Shown here piece after piece: positions 25,838 to 35,643 of a DNA stretch of 37,779 bases; position 1 is the stretch's first letter, and each line of letters opens with the position of its first letter. This DNA comes from an uncultured Clostridia bacterium (GTDB lineage Bacteria > Bacillota > Clostridia > UBA1381): contig CAKSGP010000001.1 of the NCBI GenBank assembly GCA_934454745.1, positions 1-37,779 on the forward strand. The letters are read 5' to 3'. Both the position numbers and the translations under genes were made by a program. Under the pieces are notes generated by a model. It was not told where the DNA came from, ran no database searches, and saw only the letters and a list, made by a program, of their open reading frames with translations.

Positions 25838-28012
25838 TTATTTAAAGATTTTGTAATCTAAAGGCGCGATATTTTGATTTTCAAACTCAATTTCCTCATC
25901 ACTGTAGTTGCATACGATTCGCCAACCGTTTTCATATTCGGTAACACTCAGATCGCCGATATACTTATGGTCGGAAATTGCCTGATTTGCAAGCGTTGAG
26001 TGTATTTCCTTATAATCTGCGGTGTATGCAGTCATATTGTTTAAAAGAGAATCTACTTTTGAATTATAAAGGAAGTTTAAACGCGTATTTTTAAGTTCAT
26101 ACGGATCGCACCCCGTAACAGCATAGGTTGCGGACACGCCCTGTTCAAACGCCTTAAGTGCATACGCAGCTGTTTTGCTCTCGAAATTTACCGGCTCCGA
26201 TGAAAGCTTAATATACGAATGAAAAACCATGGCATAAAACGGAACGCTGTGGCTTTCTATTGAAAACCCGCTTGATTCAAGCGGTATGCCGTAAAGCTCG
26301 TCTGCCGCTCCCGCTATACAGGCATTCCCGGATTCAAGTGCAACGGAAATGTTACTCTTTTTTATATTTTCCATAGCTTTGATAATTGAATTTAGATAAG
26401 CTCCGCGGGTAACTCCCTTATCAGAGGAAAAGTCGCTTAATAGCTCTTCACCATAATGCTCAAGAACTATACCGGTGCCTTTCGGGATTTGCTTCAAAAG
26501 TCTTTTTAAAAGCTTTTGCTGATATTGTGCCGTATAAAAAGACCATGAGCCTTGATCTGCATTCCATTTTCCGTCTGACGACCTACGATAATGCTGCTTT
26601 ACTACGGTTTGATTAAGGCTGCTCATATAATCTTTAAATCTAAAGAAATCGAACGACCTGCCGTAAGAACGTTCGGTATTATATACCGTATAAACATTAT
26701 CGGCGCCTGCCAACCTTTTAAACGAGTTGTATCCCTTGTTTCCTCCGAGATTTGAAATATATTTCTCGCTTGTTATCGTTTTCGCTCCATAGCCGCCGCT
26801 CAAAAAACCGTAAAGAAAGAATGATGGGGCTGCTCCTCCGGATTCGGTAAGAGCCTTATACAACACGGTAAGGTCGTTAAAATCGGTAATTTTTTTAACC
26901 GAAGTAACGGGTATCCCCAAAACCACTTTTTTTTGCGGTACGGCGCCGAATGCCATAACAGACACCGCAGGAACGGCATCGTCTGTTTTATTTCCCAACA
27001 CCTTAGTTTCAGCAAGAAAATCTCTGTAGGTTCTTGCCATACCGCTGTAATTTGCATTTTCTCCGGAAAGCATATACAGTCTTACGGTAGGTTGAACGCC
27101 TATTGGTGCCGATTGAATTATATTAAGCGTGCGCTCGCCGCCGGAGCTGCTTTGAATGCCGGTCAAATCGTGTTCGCGGTAAACATACTTACTGCAAACG
27201 GTAAGCGCATTTTCAGCCATTTCGGCATTGATGTCGGCGTAAACATCTCCTGAGGTAATCACGGCAAAAAGCGCTGAATCATCTTTTACAGCACCGTAAA
27301 CCGGCAGCAAGGCTTTTTTGGCATCGGTTATAATAGGTGAAATAATATCCTGACAAGGGTCGCTACCGTAAACGTGTGCGGAATATGTGTCCTTTCGCGA
27401 AACCGAATCAGAGTAATTTATTACTGCTCCGCTGCCATCCGGAATAAATACATATCCATTCTGATCATTTGAACCGTACATTAAATTCGGCAACAATTCG
27501 ATATCAGTTATCTTGCTTTTTCCCTTTTCAGTCACTTCTGAGTAAACAATCGATATTTCTATGTAAGAATCTTTAAGTTTTACAGTAATAGGTACCGAAA
27601 ATCCGGTGCTTTCCGATTGAAACGAGAAGATAGTTTTTATTCCGTTTTTAATTTTTTTAATTTCAAAACCGGTTTCTCTGCTCGGTGCCTGAACAGTTGC
27701 TTCAATACCGTCATCCGCAGTATATGTTACACCTATTATTGAGGAAAACTTATCGGCGTCTGCAGTATTCACATTTTCCGGAAATGCTGTCCATCTATGC
27801 CCTGTTTGCTTATCAATAAGTATTATATTAGCGGTTTTAACATCAACGTAAAGTGCAGCCGAAGAATTATCCGCAATACCCATATATCCTGATAGGTCTA
27901 CCTGTAAGTCATATGGCTTTACTTGTTCCTTGCCATCTGCAGAAATATTTAAGATTGCCGAAGAGATTAATAACATTAATATACAAAGCAAGGATATAAG
28001 TTTAACTTTCAT
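25838..28012 (-). CDS. 724-aa secreted protein of unknown function (possibly DUF5696-type)
   Basis: Signal peptide MKVKLISLLCILMLLISSAILNISA. I recognise no catalytic motif. GYVFIPDGSGAVINY and the Yip1/ABC neighbourhood remind me of DUF5696 proteins, but this is unverified. Confidence 0.7.
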   Translation of the reverse strand: MKVKLISLLCILMLLISSAILNISADGKEQVKPYDLQVDLSGYMGIADNSSAALYVDVKTANIILIDKQTGHRWTAFPENVNTADADKFSSIIGVTYTADDGIEATVQAPSRETGFEIKKIKNGIKTIFSFQSESTGFSVPITVKLKDSYIEISIVYSEVTEKGKSKITDIELLPNLMYGSNDQNGYVFIPDGSGAVINYSDSVSRKDTYSAHVYGSDPCQDIISPIITDAKKALLPVYGAVKDDSALFAVITSGDVYADINAEMAENALTVCSKYVYREHDLTGIQSSSGGERTLNIIQSAPIGVQPTVRLYMLSGENANYSGMARTYRDFLAETKVLGNKTDDAVPAVSVMAFGAVPQKKVVLGIPVTSVKKITDFNDLTVLYKALTESGGAAPSFFLYGFLSGGYGAKTITSEKYISNLGGNKGYNSFKRLAGADNVYTVYNTERSYGRSFDFFRFKDYMSSLNQTVVKQHYRRSSDGKWNADQGSWSFYTAQYQQKLLKRLLKQIPKGTGIVLEHYGEELLSDFSSDKGVTRGAYLNSIIKAMENIKKSNISVALESGNACIAGAADELYGIPLESSGFSIESHSVPFYAMVFHSYIKLSSEPVNFESKTAAYALKAFEQGVSATYAVTGCDPYELKNTRLNFLYNSKVDSLLNNMTAYTADYKEIHSTLANQAISDHKYIGDLSVTEYENGWRIVCNYSDEEIEFENQNIAPLDYKIFK

Positions 28013-28031
28013 TTATCTACCACCCCCTTGC

Positions 28032-28736
28032 TTAAAGCCGGCGCACAATAATTTCACGGATTATATTCATAACAAAACTATATATTTGTTGGTAAATGCT
28101 TACAAATAAAAGAAGTAAAAATACAAAACAAACTATTATCAGTAAGGTCGCAAATACCGAAAATACTGTTTTTGTAACCGTATACTGATGAACCACCATC
28201 AATCCTAAAAATATAAGTATCACCGTCCATGCCAAACCGAAAAATGAAAAGAAGTTATAAAAGGTTGCCTCGGTTGTGGTAAATACATATGAAAGCACTA
28301 TATTCAAAGAAGTAAAAAGTATATACGGCAACAAAGAATACGTTAATGCAATCCAAATATCCCCCATACTTCCCTCACCGTCAACAAGGGTGCTTGTTGA
28401 CCAATTGCATATTGTGAAAATGAGCAGTGCGCCGATAGAAATTGCAAAAACGGTAAATAGGCTTACACCGTCATTGCCGCCGGGCATAAACAGATAGCCG
28501 GTTGCAGTTTGTTGCAAAAGTCTTACAATGAAAAAAAGTATTGCCATGGCATTAGCAATTATCATTGAGGATTTACCCTCATATTTCAAGTCGTTAAATG
28601 TCTCAATAGGATGAAAAAAAAGTTTGAAAGGATAAAGCAAAAACGACTTATGCCACCGAACAGGTGCTGTCTCTCTGCTGGTAATGCCCACAATTTTGTA
28701 TTTCAATGCTTTTATAAAAAGTTTTGTGTTTTTCAC
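28032..28736 (-). CDS. Yip1-domain integral membrane protein
   Basis: 234 aa. A cytoplasmic N-terminus (HPIETFNDLKYEGKSS) precedes five hydrophobic helices, which is the Yip1 topology. The start is a GTG at 28736, 9 nt after AAAGGAG. The nearby ATG at 28741-28743 is out of frame. Confidence 0.7.
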   Translation of the reverse strand: MKNTKLFIKALKYKIVGITSRETAPVRWHKSFLLYPFKLFFHPIETFNDLKYEGKSSMIIANAMAILFFIVRLLQQTATGYLFMPGGNDGVSLFTVFAISIGALLIFTICNWSTSTLVDGEGSMGDIWIALTYSLLPYILFTSLNIVLSYVFTTTEATFYNFFSFFGLAWTVILIFLGLMVVHQYTVTKTVFSVFATLLIIVCFVFLLLLFVSIYQQIYSFVMNIIREIIVRRL

Positions 28737-28752
28737 CGGACATTTCTCCTTT

Positions 28753-30216
28753 CTATTCAGATAGTTTCTTTCTGATCCACCTTATTATAAATATTATTAT
28801 AGCAAGTGCAGAAGCCCCACCGACAATTAAAACGACAAAATGATTTTGAACAAACTCTTTTCTGTATTCATTAAGTGCAAGTGAGTAAAAATATGTATCT
28901 CCGCCTTTTTCAAGATATTCCATTGCAAGTTTATATTCACCAAGATGATACTTTGATCTTCCCAAGCTGCAATATGCAAGAGGAAGGTTGCTATTGGCTT
29001 CTAACAACTCCTGCCATATCTGCTCAGACTCAATATATTCGCACCGTCTGTAATACTCCATTGCTTCAAGCAGCTTTTGCATATATTCGGTAGGAGAAAA
29101 CACCGTAATACTTCCTTTGATTTTGTCAAGAACAAGATAGCTTTCACCTATCTTTTCTATTGCGGAAATTTCCGAAAACTGCCCGTCACGGTCGCCCAAG
29201 CCGCCGAAAATCGCCATAAGGTTACATTCTTGGTCATAAAGAAACAGTCTGCCTGTTTGCCTATCGGCAACCAATATATTACCGTTAATATCGCAATTAA
29301 TATCTACAAATGTAGTGTTCTTATATGCCGACTGATAATCGCCGTATACTGTTTTACCGGAATTGGCAGAGGCAAACGTCAAAGTATTGGTTCCGGCAGA
29401 ATTAAGGCATTTTATATCCTGACCGGCCGCAACATTTTGTGAGGTGGCGTATATAAAGCTATCTTTGCCAAGACAAATATTACTATACGGAGCCGGCAAT
29501 TGCTTTGCAACGCCTTCTTTCTGTTCATCTGTAAAAAAACTTTTCAACAAAGAGAGCAGAAAGGTTTCAAATGTTGCCTCAACTTGATTGGGCGCAAAAA
29601 AATTCTTGAATTCATTATTCTCGTCAAACCGCAAAATACCCTGATAAATTGCAGACGAAGAAATCAGAATGTTATTGTTTTTATCAAGAATTATTTTTTC
29701 AGGCTGAAAAACAAAATTCTCATTTACCGAAACCATATTTGCGCCCGTGATATAACGAACAATTTCATTACCGGAATTCACAGAAATTGCACGGGCATTG
29801 CCCGTATCGCAAATATAGACCATTCCGTCCTCAGCATAAACCCCCATAGGATTTGAAAAGGTTTCAAGTCCATTTCCGCTTACTCTTTCAATTGTTCTGA
29901 TATGTTCAAATTTTTGATTTAAAACAACGATGCGGTTATTTCCCGTATCGGCAATATAAATTTGATTGCTCTTGTCAACAAATATATCTGACGGTGAATT
30001 TAATGCGCCTATTCCAAAATCTGTGCCGTAATAAACGGCAGCTGCGGTATACGTTTCAGGAGCAGGTATAGACTCGTTATTTTCGTCATATTGATAATTC
30101 AGCGGTGAAGGAAGTGCGCTTAAGGTTAAAGAACCTGTACAGATAATAACCGCTGCAATATAAGCGGTAATTTTCTTAAACAAATCAAATCTCCTCCTTT
30201 TGCTTTTTATAATCAT
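28753..30216 (-). CDS. NHL-repeat beta-propeller protein with a TPR-like segment and a C-terminal TM anchor
   Basis: N-terminal signal/anchor sequence. NHL signatures are IYIADTGNNRIVVLN, VYICDTGNARAISV, ILVADRQTGRLFLYD and others. A TPR-like region (AYCSLGRSKYHLGEYKLAMEYLEKG) follows, then the TM helix FVVLIVGGASALAIIIFIIRWI. Its start shares one nucleotide with the upstream stop (TAATG). Confidence 0.8.
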   Translation of the reverse strand: MIIKSKRRRFDLFKKITAYIAAVIICTGSLTLSALPSPLNYQYDENNESIPAPETYTAAAVYYGTDFGIGALNSPSDIFVDKSNQIYIADTGNNRIVVLNQKFEHIRTIERVSGNGLETFSNPMGVYAEDGMVYICDTGNARAISVNSGNEIVRYITGANMVSVNENFVFQPEKIILDKNNNILISSSAIYQGILRFDENNEFKNFFAPNQVEATFETFLLSLLKSFFTDEQKEGVAKQLPAPYSNICLGKDSFIYATSQNVAAGQDIKCLNSAGTNTLTFASANSGKTVYGDYQSAYKNTTFVDINCDINGNILVADRQTGRLFLYDQECNLMAIFGGLGDRDGQFSEISAIEKIGESYLVLDKIKGSITVFSPTEYMQKLLEAMEYYRRCEYIESEQIWQELLEANSNLPLAYCSLGRSKYHLGEYKLAMEYLEKGGDTYFYSLALNEYRKEFVQNHFVVLIVGGASALAIIIFIIRWIRKKLSE

Positions 30217-31064
30217 TATTCTTTAATACCTGAATATGCCATTGTTTCAACAACTTTACTTTGACTGAATATGAACGATATCATAGGCGGAAGCATCAAT
30301 ATCACCGAAATTGCAGCCGAAACACCCGCACGATCAATTCCGGCAGATGTTAATTGGCTCATCATTGTCGGTAAGGTTTTAAGTGATTCATCAAATATAA
30401 ACTGACTGCCCGTTGCATTCCACTGACTTATAAAGGTAAGAATAGCCAATGTAACCCATGCAGGCTTTACCGACGGAAAAACTATCTTAAAAAAGATACC
30501 CAATTCACCGCATCCATCTATTCTGGCAGCCTCTATAACATCGTTCGGGAATGAGCCGATAAATTGCATTACCAAGAACACTCCGAAAGATCCGCCGAGA
30601 GCCGGAAAAATCAGTGCCATATAGGTATTTATTATTCCGGTTTTCGCCATAAGGATATATTGCGGAAGCGCTGTTACCTGCGTACTGAAAAGAATGGCAA
30701 ATACAATAAGCTTATGTATTACATTTTTCATCGGAAACTCGTGTTTTGCAAGCGGGTATGCAGCCATAGACGCCAAAACAACATATAATGCCGTCGTTGC
30801 AATTGAGACAAATACCGTATTAAATATATACCTTTCCGTAGGTACCGTAGCCTGCGACTGCAATGAAATGATATCCACAAAGTTGTTGATCGTAGGATTA
30901 TAGACTATAAATCTTGGCGGAAACAGATATAACTCACTTAAGGGTTTAAAGGCGTTTATAATGGAAAAGTAAATAGGTAATGCGGTAAACAAACCCATTA
31001 TAAACAGCATCAATGAAACTGCTATATTACCTCCTAATGAACGGTTCAGGCGTTTTTTACTCAT
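30216..31064 (-). CDS. Carbohydrate ABC transporter permease (MalG-type, pair B)
   Basis: EAA-loop region EAARIDGCGELGIFFKIVFPSVKP, six TM helices, 282 aa. Confidence 0.9.
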   Translation of the reverse strand: MSKKRLNRSLGGNIAVSLMLFIMGLFTALPIYFSIINAFKPLSELYLFPPRFIVYNPTINNFVDIISLQSQATVPTERYIFNTVFVSIATTALYVVLASMAAYPLAKHEFPMKNVIHKLIVFAILFSTQVTALPQYILMAKTGIINTYMALIFPALGGSFGVFLVMQFIGSFPNDVIEAARIDGCGELGIFFKIVFPSVKPAWVTLAILTFISQWNATGSQFIFDESLKTLPTMMSQLTSAGIDRAGVSAAISVILMLPPMISFIFSQSKVVETMAYSGIKE

Positions 31065-31072
31065 TATCCCAC

Positions 31073-31969
31073 CTAATCCTTTCCCAAGCTTCTAAGCGCC
31101 CTGTTGATTACCGTCCAGGAAACCACCATTATAATAAACAGCACTACTGCCGTAGCAGAAGCATAACCAAGCTCAAGGCGAGTATTTCCATAGTCCTCAA
31201 TATGCAACAACAAAGTATGCGTCGAATAATCGGTACTTGGGTTTCCGGTAAGTGCTGCCGGCACAGAGCCTACTGCAAAAGAACTTGAAATTGTAAGAAC
31301 AGCACCTATAAGAAGCTGCGGAACCATCTGCGGAAGGGTTATATACCACAACTCTTGCCAACGATTGCGCAAACCGTCTATTGCCGCCGATTCAAACAAT
31401 GATTTATTAAGAGACTGAAAACCTGCGATAAAGGAAAGAAAGCTTGTTCCCATGCTCATCCAAAGAATAACCACTATTACAACATAAAAATTATAATTAG
31501 GGTCGGTAAGCCACTGTACAGGACTCTGCAATATTCCTGTACTCATAAATATGCTGTTCAAAAGACCATACGAGTCATCGCTGAATACATATGTCCACAT
31601 TACGTATATACTTCCTGCCAAAGAAGGTGAATAGAATAGAAAAGTAAGAATAGGTTTTGTAATCTTGCCGGTCTCATTTATAAACCAAGCCATAACGAAA
31701 CACAAAATATATCCTAAAGGTCCGGTAATAACCGCAAACAGCAGAGTATTCGCAAGTGATTTTACAAAAATTTCATCTGCAAGCAAAAGCCTGATGTAAT
31801 TATCAACACCCACAAACTGTGGTGTTTGAAGCATATTAAAATCTGTAAAGGATATCACTACCGATATTGCTATTGGAATAAGGGTAAAAAACACAAAGAA
31901 TACAAACCAGCATCCAAGCATTAAATAGCTTGCACCGTATTTGCGACCGAAATCGCCTATTTTTTTCAC
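31073..31969 (-). CDS. Sugar ABC transporter permease (MalF-type, pair B)
   Basis: ESAAIDGLRNRWQELWYITLPQMVP EAA loop, 298 aa. Its start overlaps the upstream stop as ATGA. Confidence 0.9.
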   Translation of the reverse strand: MKKIGDFGRKYGASYLMLGCWFVFFVFFTLIPIAISVVISFTDFNMLQTPQFVGVDNYIRLLLADEIFVKSLANTLLFAVITGPLGYILCFVMAWFINETGKITKPILTFLFYSPSLAGSIYVMWTYVFSDDSYGLLNSIFMSTGILQSPVQWLTDPNYNFYVVIVVILWMSMGTSFLSFIAGFQSLNKSLFESAAIDGLRNRWQELWYITLPQMVPQLLIGAVLTISSSFAVGSVPAALTGNPSTDYSTHTLLLHIEDYGNTRLELGYASATAVVLFIIMVVSWTVINRALRSLGKD

Positions 31970-34638
31970 TGATGTTTTTCCCCCAATCTAAGCTGCGAGT
32001 ATTTTCTTTCAAGCTCAGAATTTATTTCACGACTATATCTGTAAATAACATCACTTGGGTTTTCATACTGATAAACAACCCTTCTGAATGCATTATTTAA
32101 GTTTCTGCTTATGTAATAGTACGCCGGCGATAGTTTAATCTGTGTAACCTGACTCCACTGGGTCTCAAGGGCGTCAAGCTCTCCGGCAGACCACGATATC
32201 GTCTCCATAACCTTTTTATTAGCCGTATTCAATCTGGCTGAGATACCCACTCGTATTTCGGAATTGAAAGCATATTTTTCCTGAGTGTCATCGGAAGTCA
32301 CCCAATCGATAAACTTCATTGCAGTTTCATAGTTATCCGATTCATGTTTAATTATTACCGCACCGGTTACTGTACTGTTTACGCTGCGATTTAAACCGCT
32401 TTCGGTAACCGTTCCCGGTATAGGTGCCATTGCAAAGGAGTTTTGAATTTCCGGAGCACTTACCTTAAGGGTTTTATAGAAAGAGTAATCTGAAATTACA
32501 AAAGGCATCTGTCCTGTGCGGAAACGGTTAGTTGCATCATAAGACTTAGGTATTCCGTATTTTGTAAAAAGCTCAGTCCAATTTTTAAAAGCCTCAACTG
32601 CTTTCGAATCGGTAAGATTAGTAGCTGAAAGCTCCTCATTGTACATTGATACCCCGCTTTGCAAAAGCAATGAATAGAAAGTTTCTTCAGAAATCGAAAT
32701 ACCCATTTGCATACCATTGTTTTGCATTTTTGCAAGCAAGGCATAAAGCTCTTCCCAAGTGTTAGGTACCTTATATCCGTTTGCCTTAAACACATCGGTT
32801 CTATAAAAAATCATTTGAAACGACTGTGTCTGGGGCAGAGCATAAACTGCACCGTTATATGTAAAGCTTATCATTGACGACGGATAAAATCTTTCAAGTA
32901 CACTGTCAATATTATCCATTTCACTTATATCCACCAAAGCGTCACGATAATAAAGATCAGCTATATTTGTTGATGGCAGATTTAAAACTACATCCGGCGC
33001 TTTACCGGAAGCAATTGCCGTCATAATATTTGTTGTTACCAACGAAAGAATTACCGGCACACCGGTAGTTGAGGTGAAATTATCTGTTATAAGTTGGTTC
33101 ATAACTTGAGCCTGATCGCGTCCGAGAGAAATCCAAACGTTTAACGCCTCATCTGTGTTTATATTATTCATTGAACTGTAATCCGAAACAAAGGATCTTA
33201 AAAAAGCCTTGGTTCTAAAGCCGAGTACCGAAAAAAAGTTGAATTTTTTTACACTTGTTTCGGATTTTTCTGGTATCAATTCAAAATAATCAATTTCCAA
33301 AGGTTGCGTTTGCATTGCAGAAAGTACACTTGCAAGATCATATAGCTGACTTCGAAAATAATCAATTTGCTTGGCAATATCGTTTGGCTTTTCCGCCATT
33401 TTCAGAAGCAACCTTGCTGCTTCCTCAATTCTTGCAGATTGAGAGCCGCTGTTTTTACTATCAGCATTGACTTCGTCAATAATCTCATTTAGTGTTTCTG
33501 ATGCTTCTGTTAAGGTTGGTACCATTTCAGGAAGAGACGATTTAAAATCATAATCTCGGTTAAGATCCACGCCGTCTCCCACTATTACATTAATCTTGCT
33601 TGAAAGCTCATTCAGTTTTTCAAGTGTTGTTTTAAATTTATTTATAACATTCTGCAAAGAACCGAGTACAACCTCAAATCTTATTTCATGCTCGCCCTCG
33701 GAAAGATAAATATAGTAATCTCCGTTTTCGTCTCCGGGCACAAAGGATTTAAAATCGTTAGAAGCCGGAATAACAAGACAGTCAAACTCATCAAACGGAA
33801 CCTTGCCATCTACCGTTATTCTTCTCCGAACATCAATACCTGCTATTGCACGTTGACGGTATGAAAGATTAAGCTTGTATAATCCTGATTTTTCTACATT
33901 GACATTATAAGATACCCACTGCCCAACATGTGACCATGATGATCCTCCGAGAATATTGTAATAAATAAGCGAAGGGTCATTTGGATGAACATTCGGGGAT
34001 GAACGGTCATAATTTACAGCAACCTCTAAATGGCTTTTTTCATGAAGAAGTTCAGCTTCAATATATATTGTTTTCGCATCGGAATCTGTTGCAAATCGGC
34101 TTTTTTCTATATTCTTAACATACTCCGAATAAGTCGCCTTTTCGACAACCTTGTTTACAACGATTGACTTGATTTTCACGCCCTCCTGCAGCATCTGCAA
34201 ATTAAGAGTATGTTTGCCCTCGGTAAGCAAAAATCCTGTATGCCAATTCTCATCCTGCGGCATTATAACTACTGTATTTTCTTTTTCCGCTTCAGTTACG
34301 GTCGGACATAGTTCATTACCGTAATCATCCGTTTTGAAACGTTCCCTTTCGCGTGTGTCTACCCATGTGCGGGTAAGATCGTAAACCTGGTCTTCATTAC
34401 CGATATATGGTTCGTCCCATGAAACTGCCACCTGCGGGGAAACATTTCTGCCCTTTAAGGCAGTGTACGTAACATCCACACTGTAACCTGCGTTTTCCTC
34501 TATATTAAATATAAGGCTTGTTTTTTCATTTTCTCTCAAAGTAAATACTGTCTCGTTAGCAACTGCTTTTGCAGGCATTGCCGTAACAGACGAAATGCAT
34601 ACGACTATAACTATCATAAAAGAAATAATTTTTTTCAT
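31966..34638 (-). CDS. 890-aa extracellular solute-binding protein with a ~450-aa N-terminal extension (two CBM-like beta-sandwich regions plus a helical linker)
   Basis: Signal peptide present. IYIEAELL...GQWVSYNVNVEKSGLYKLNLSYRQ...GEHEIRFEVV resembles CBM6/35-type sugar-binding modules. From about aa 480, NVWISLGRDQAQVMNQLI...APDVVLNL...ALPQTQSFQMIFYR is a typical family-1 SBP. Confidence 0.75.
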   Translation of the reverse strand: MKKIISFMIVIVVCISSVTAMPAKAVANETVFTLRENEKTSLIFNIEENAGYSVDVTYTALKGRNVSPQVAVSWDEPYIGNEDQVYDLTRTWVDTRERERFKTDDYGNELCPTVTEAEKENTVVIMPQDENWHTGFLLTEGKHTLNLQMLQEGVKIKSIVVNKVVEKATYSEYVKNIEKSRFATDSDAKTIYIEAELLHEKSHLEVAVNYDRSSPNVHPNDPSLIYYNILGGSSWSHVGQWVSYNVNVEKSGLYKLNLSYRQRAIAGIDVRRRITVDGKVPFDEFDCLVIPASNDFKSFVPGDENGDYYIYLSEGEHEIRFEVVLGSLQNVINKFKTTLEKLNELSSKINVIVGDGVDLNRDYDFKSSLPEMVPTLTEASETLNEIIDEVNADSKNSGSQSARIEEAARLLLKMAEKPNDIAKQIDYFRSQLYDLASVLSAMQTQPLEIDYFELIPEKSETSVKKFNFFSVLGFRTKAFLRSFVSDYSSMNNINTDEALNVWISLGRDQAQVMNQLITDNFTSTTGVPVILSLVTTNIMTAIASGKAPDVVLNLPSTNIADLYYRDALVDISEMDNIDSVLERFYPSSMISFTYNGAVYALPQTQSFQMIFYRTDVFKANGYKVPNTWEELYALLAKMQNNGMQMGISISEETFYSLLLQSGVSMYNEELSATNLTDSKAVEAFKNWTELFTKYGIPKSYDATNRFRTGQMPFVISDYSFYKTLKVSAPEIQNSFAMAPIPGTVTESGLNRSVNSTVTGAVIIKHESDNYETAMKFIDWVTSDDTQEKYAFNSEIRVGISARLNTANKKVMETISWSAGELDALETQWSQVTQIKLSPAYYYISRNLNNAFRRVVYQYENPSDVIYRYSREINSELERKYSQLRLGEKHQ

Positions 34639-34665
34639 CGGTTACTCCTTTCAAAAGCACTGATT

Positions 34666-35643
34666 TTATCCGACAAGACCGGAATTTTCTATACTTCGGG
34701 AAAAAGATTTTTGAATTATTAAAAAGAATATTACCAACGGTAATATAAACAACAAACAAGCAGCCTGCTGCTTAGGAATCATATTATACATACTTGTATC
34801 GCTTACATAGGCCAGTGCGGTCCTAACTACTTCATGTATATTTTCTATCTGTAAGGCCATATTTTTGTTAGTCGGAAGATATGTAAGACTGTAAAAATAG
34901 TCTGTCCAATACCATACAATCGAAAATATTGCGCACAAGCAGAAAGTATTGGAAAGATTTGGTGCCATTATGCGTAAATACGTTTTGGTAAAACCGCAAC
35001 CGTCTATTAATGCTGCTTCTTCAAGTTCAACAGGTAACGAAGCATAAAATTGGCGGAATATCATTATCATTAAGCCCGATCTTATTCCTTGGCCTGTTAT
35101 TGCCGGCAATAAAAATGCCCAAATGCTGTCAAGTAAATTTATTGAAGAAGTATGCCCTGTTATTGCTTCAATCAACCCAAAAATGTCAAAATTCTTCATA
35201 AGAAGGTAATTTGACATATTAAGCATTTGCGGCGGCACCATAATTGTAAATACAACCAAAACAAAAAGAATATTACTTAATTTAAACTTAAATCTTGCAA
35301 AACCGTATCCTATCGTTGAACAAATGATCATCTCGGCAAGCGTACATAAAATCGTAATCACACCTGTTAAGAGCAACGGTTTTATTAAATTCAATTTCTC
35401 GAATATAAACTTAAAGTGTTCTACAGTAAATGTCTTTGGCACCCAAACGACCGTGACATCGTAAAAGTCTTGTGTTGCTCTAAATGACATACTTAACATA
35501 TAAAACAACGGATATAAAATCACATAGGCTATTGCAATAAGAAAAAGCCAACGAAGAAGGGCAGAAAACATTTTGCCGAGATAATAAACAGGAGATATTT
35601 CAAGGCTGTTATTGTTTCTGTTGAAACGGGTATTATCTGCCAT
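34666..35643 (-). CDS. Carbohydrate ABC transporter permease (MalG-type, pair A)
   Basis: EEAALIDGCGFTKTYLRIMAPNL EAA loop, 325 aa. It overlaps the upstream gene by 11 nt. Confidence 0.9.
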   Translation of the reverse strand: MADNTRFNRNNNSLEISPVYYLGKMFSALLRWLFLIAIAYVILYPLFYMLSMSFRATQDFYDVTVVWVPKTFTVEHFKFIFEKLNLIKPLLLTGVITILCTLAEMIICSTIGYGFARFKFKLSNILFVLVVFTIMVPPQMLNMSNYLLMKNFDIFGLIEAITGHTSSINLLDSIWAFLLPAITGQGIRSGLMIMIFRQFYASLPVELEEAALIDGCGFTKTYLRIMAPNLSNTFCLCAIFSIVWYWTDYFYSLTYLPTNKNMALQIENIHEVVRTALAYVSDTSMYNMIPKQQAACLLFILPLVIFFLIIQKSFSRSIENSGLVG

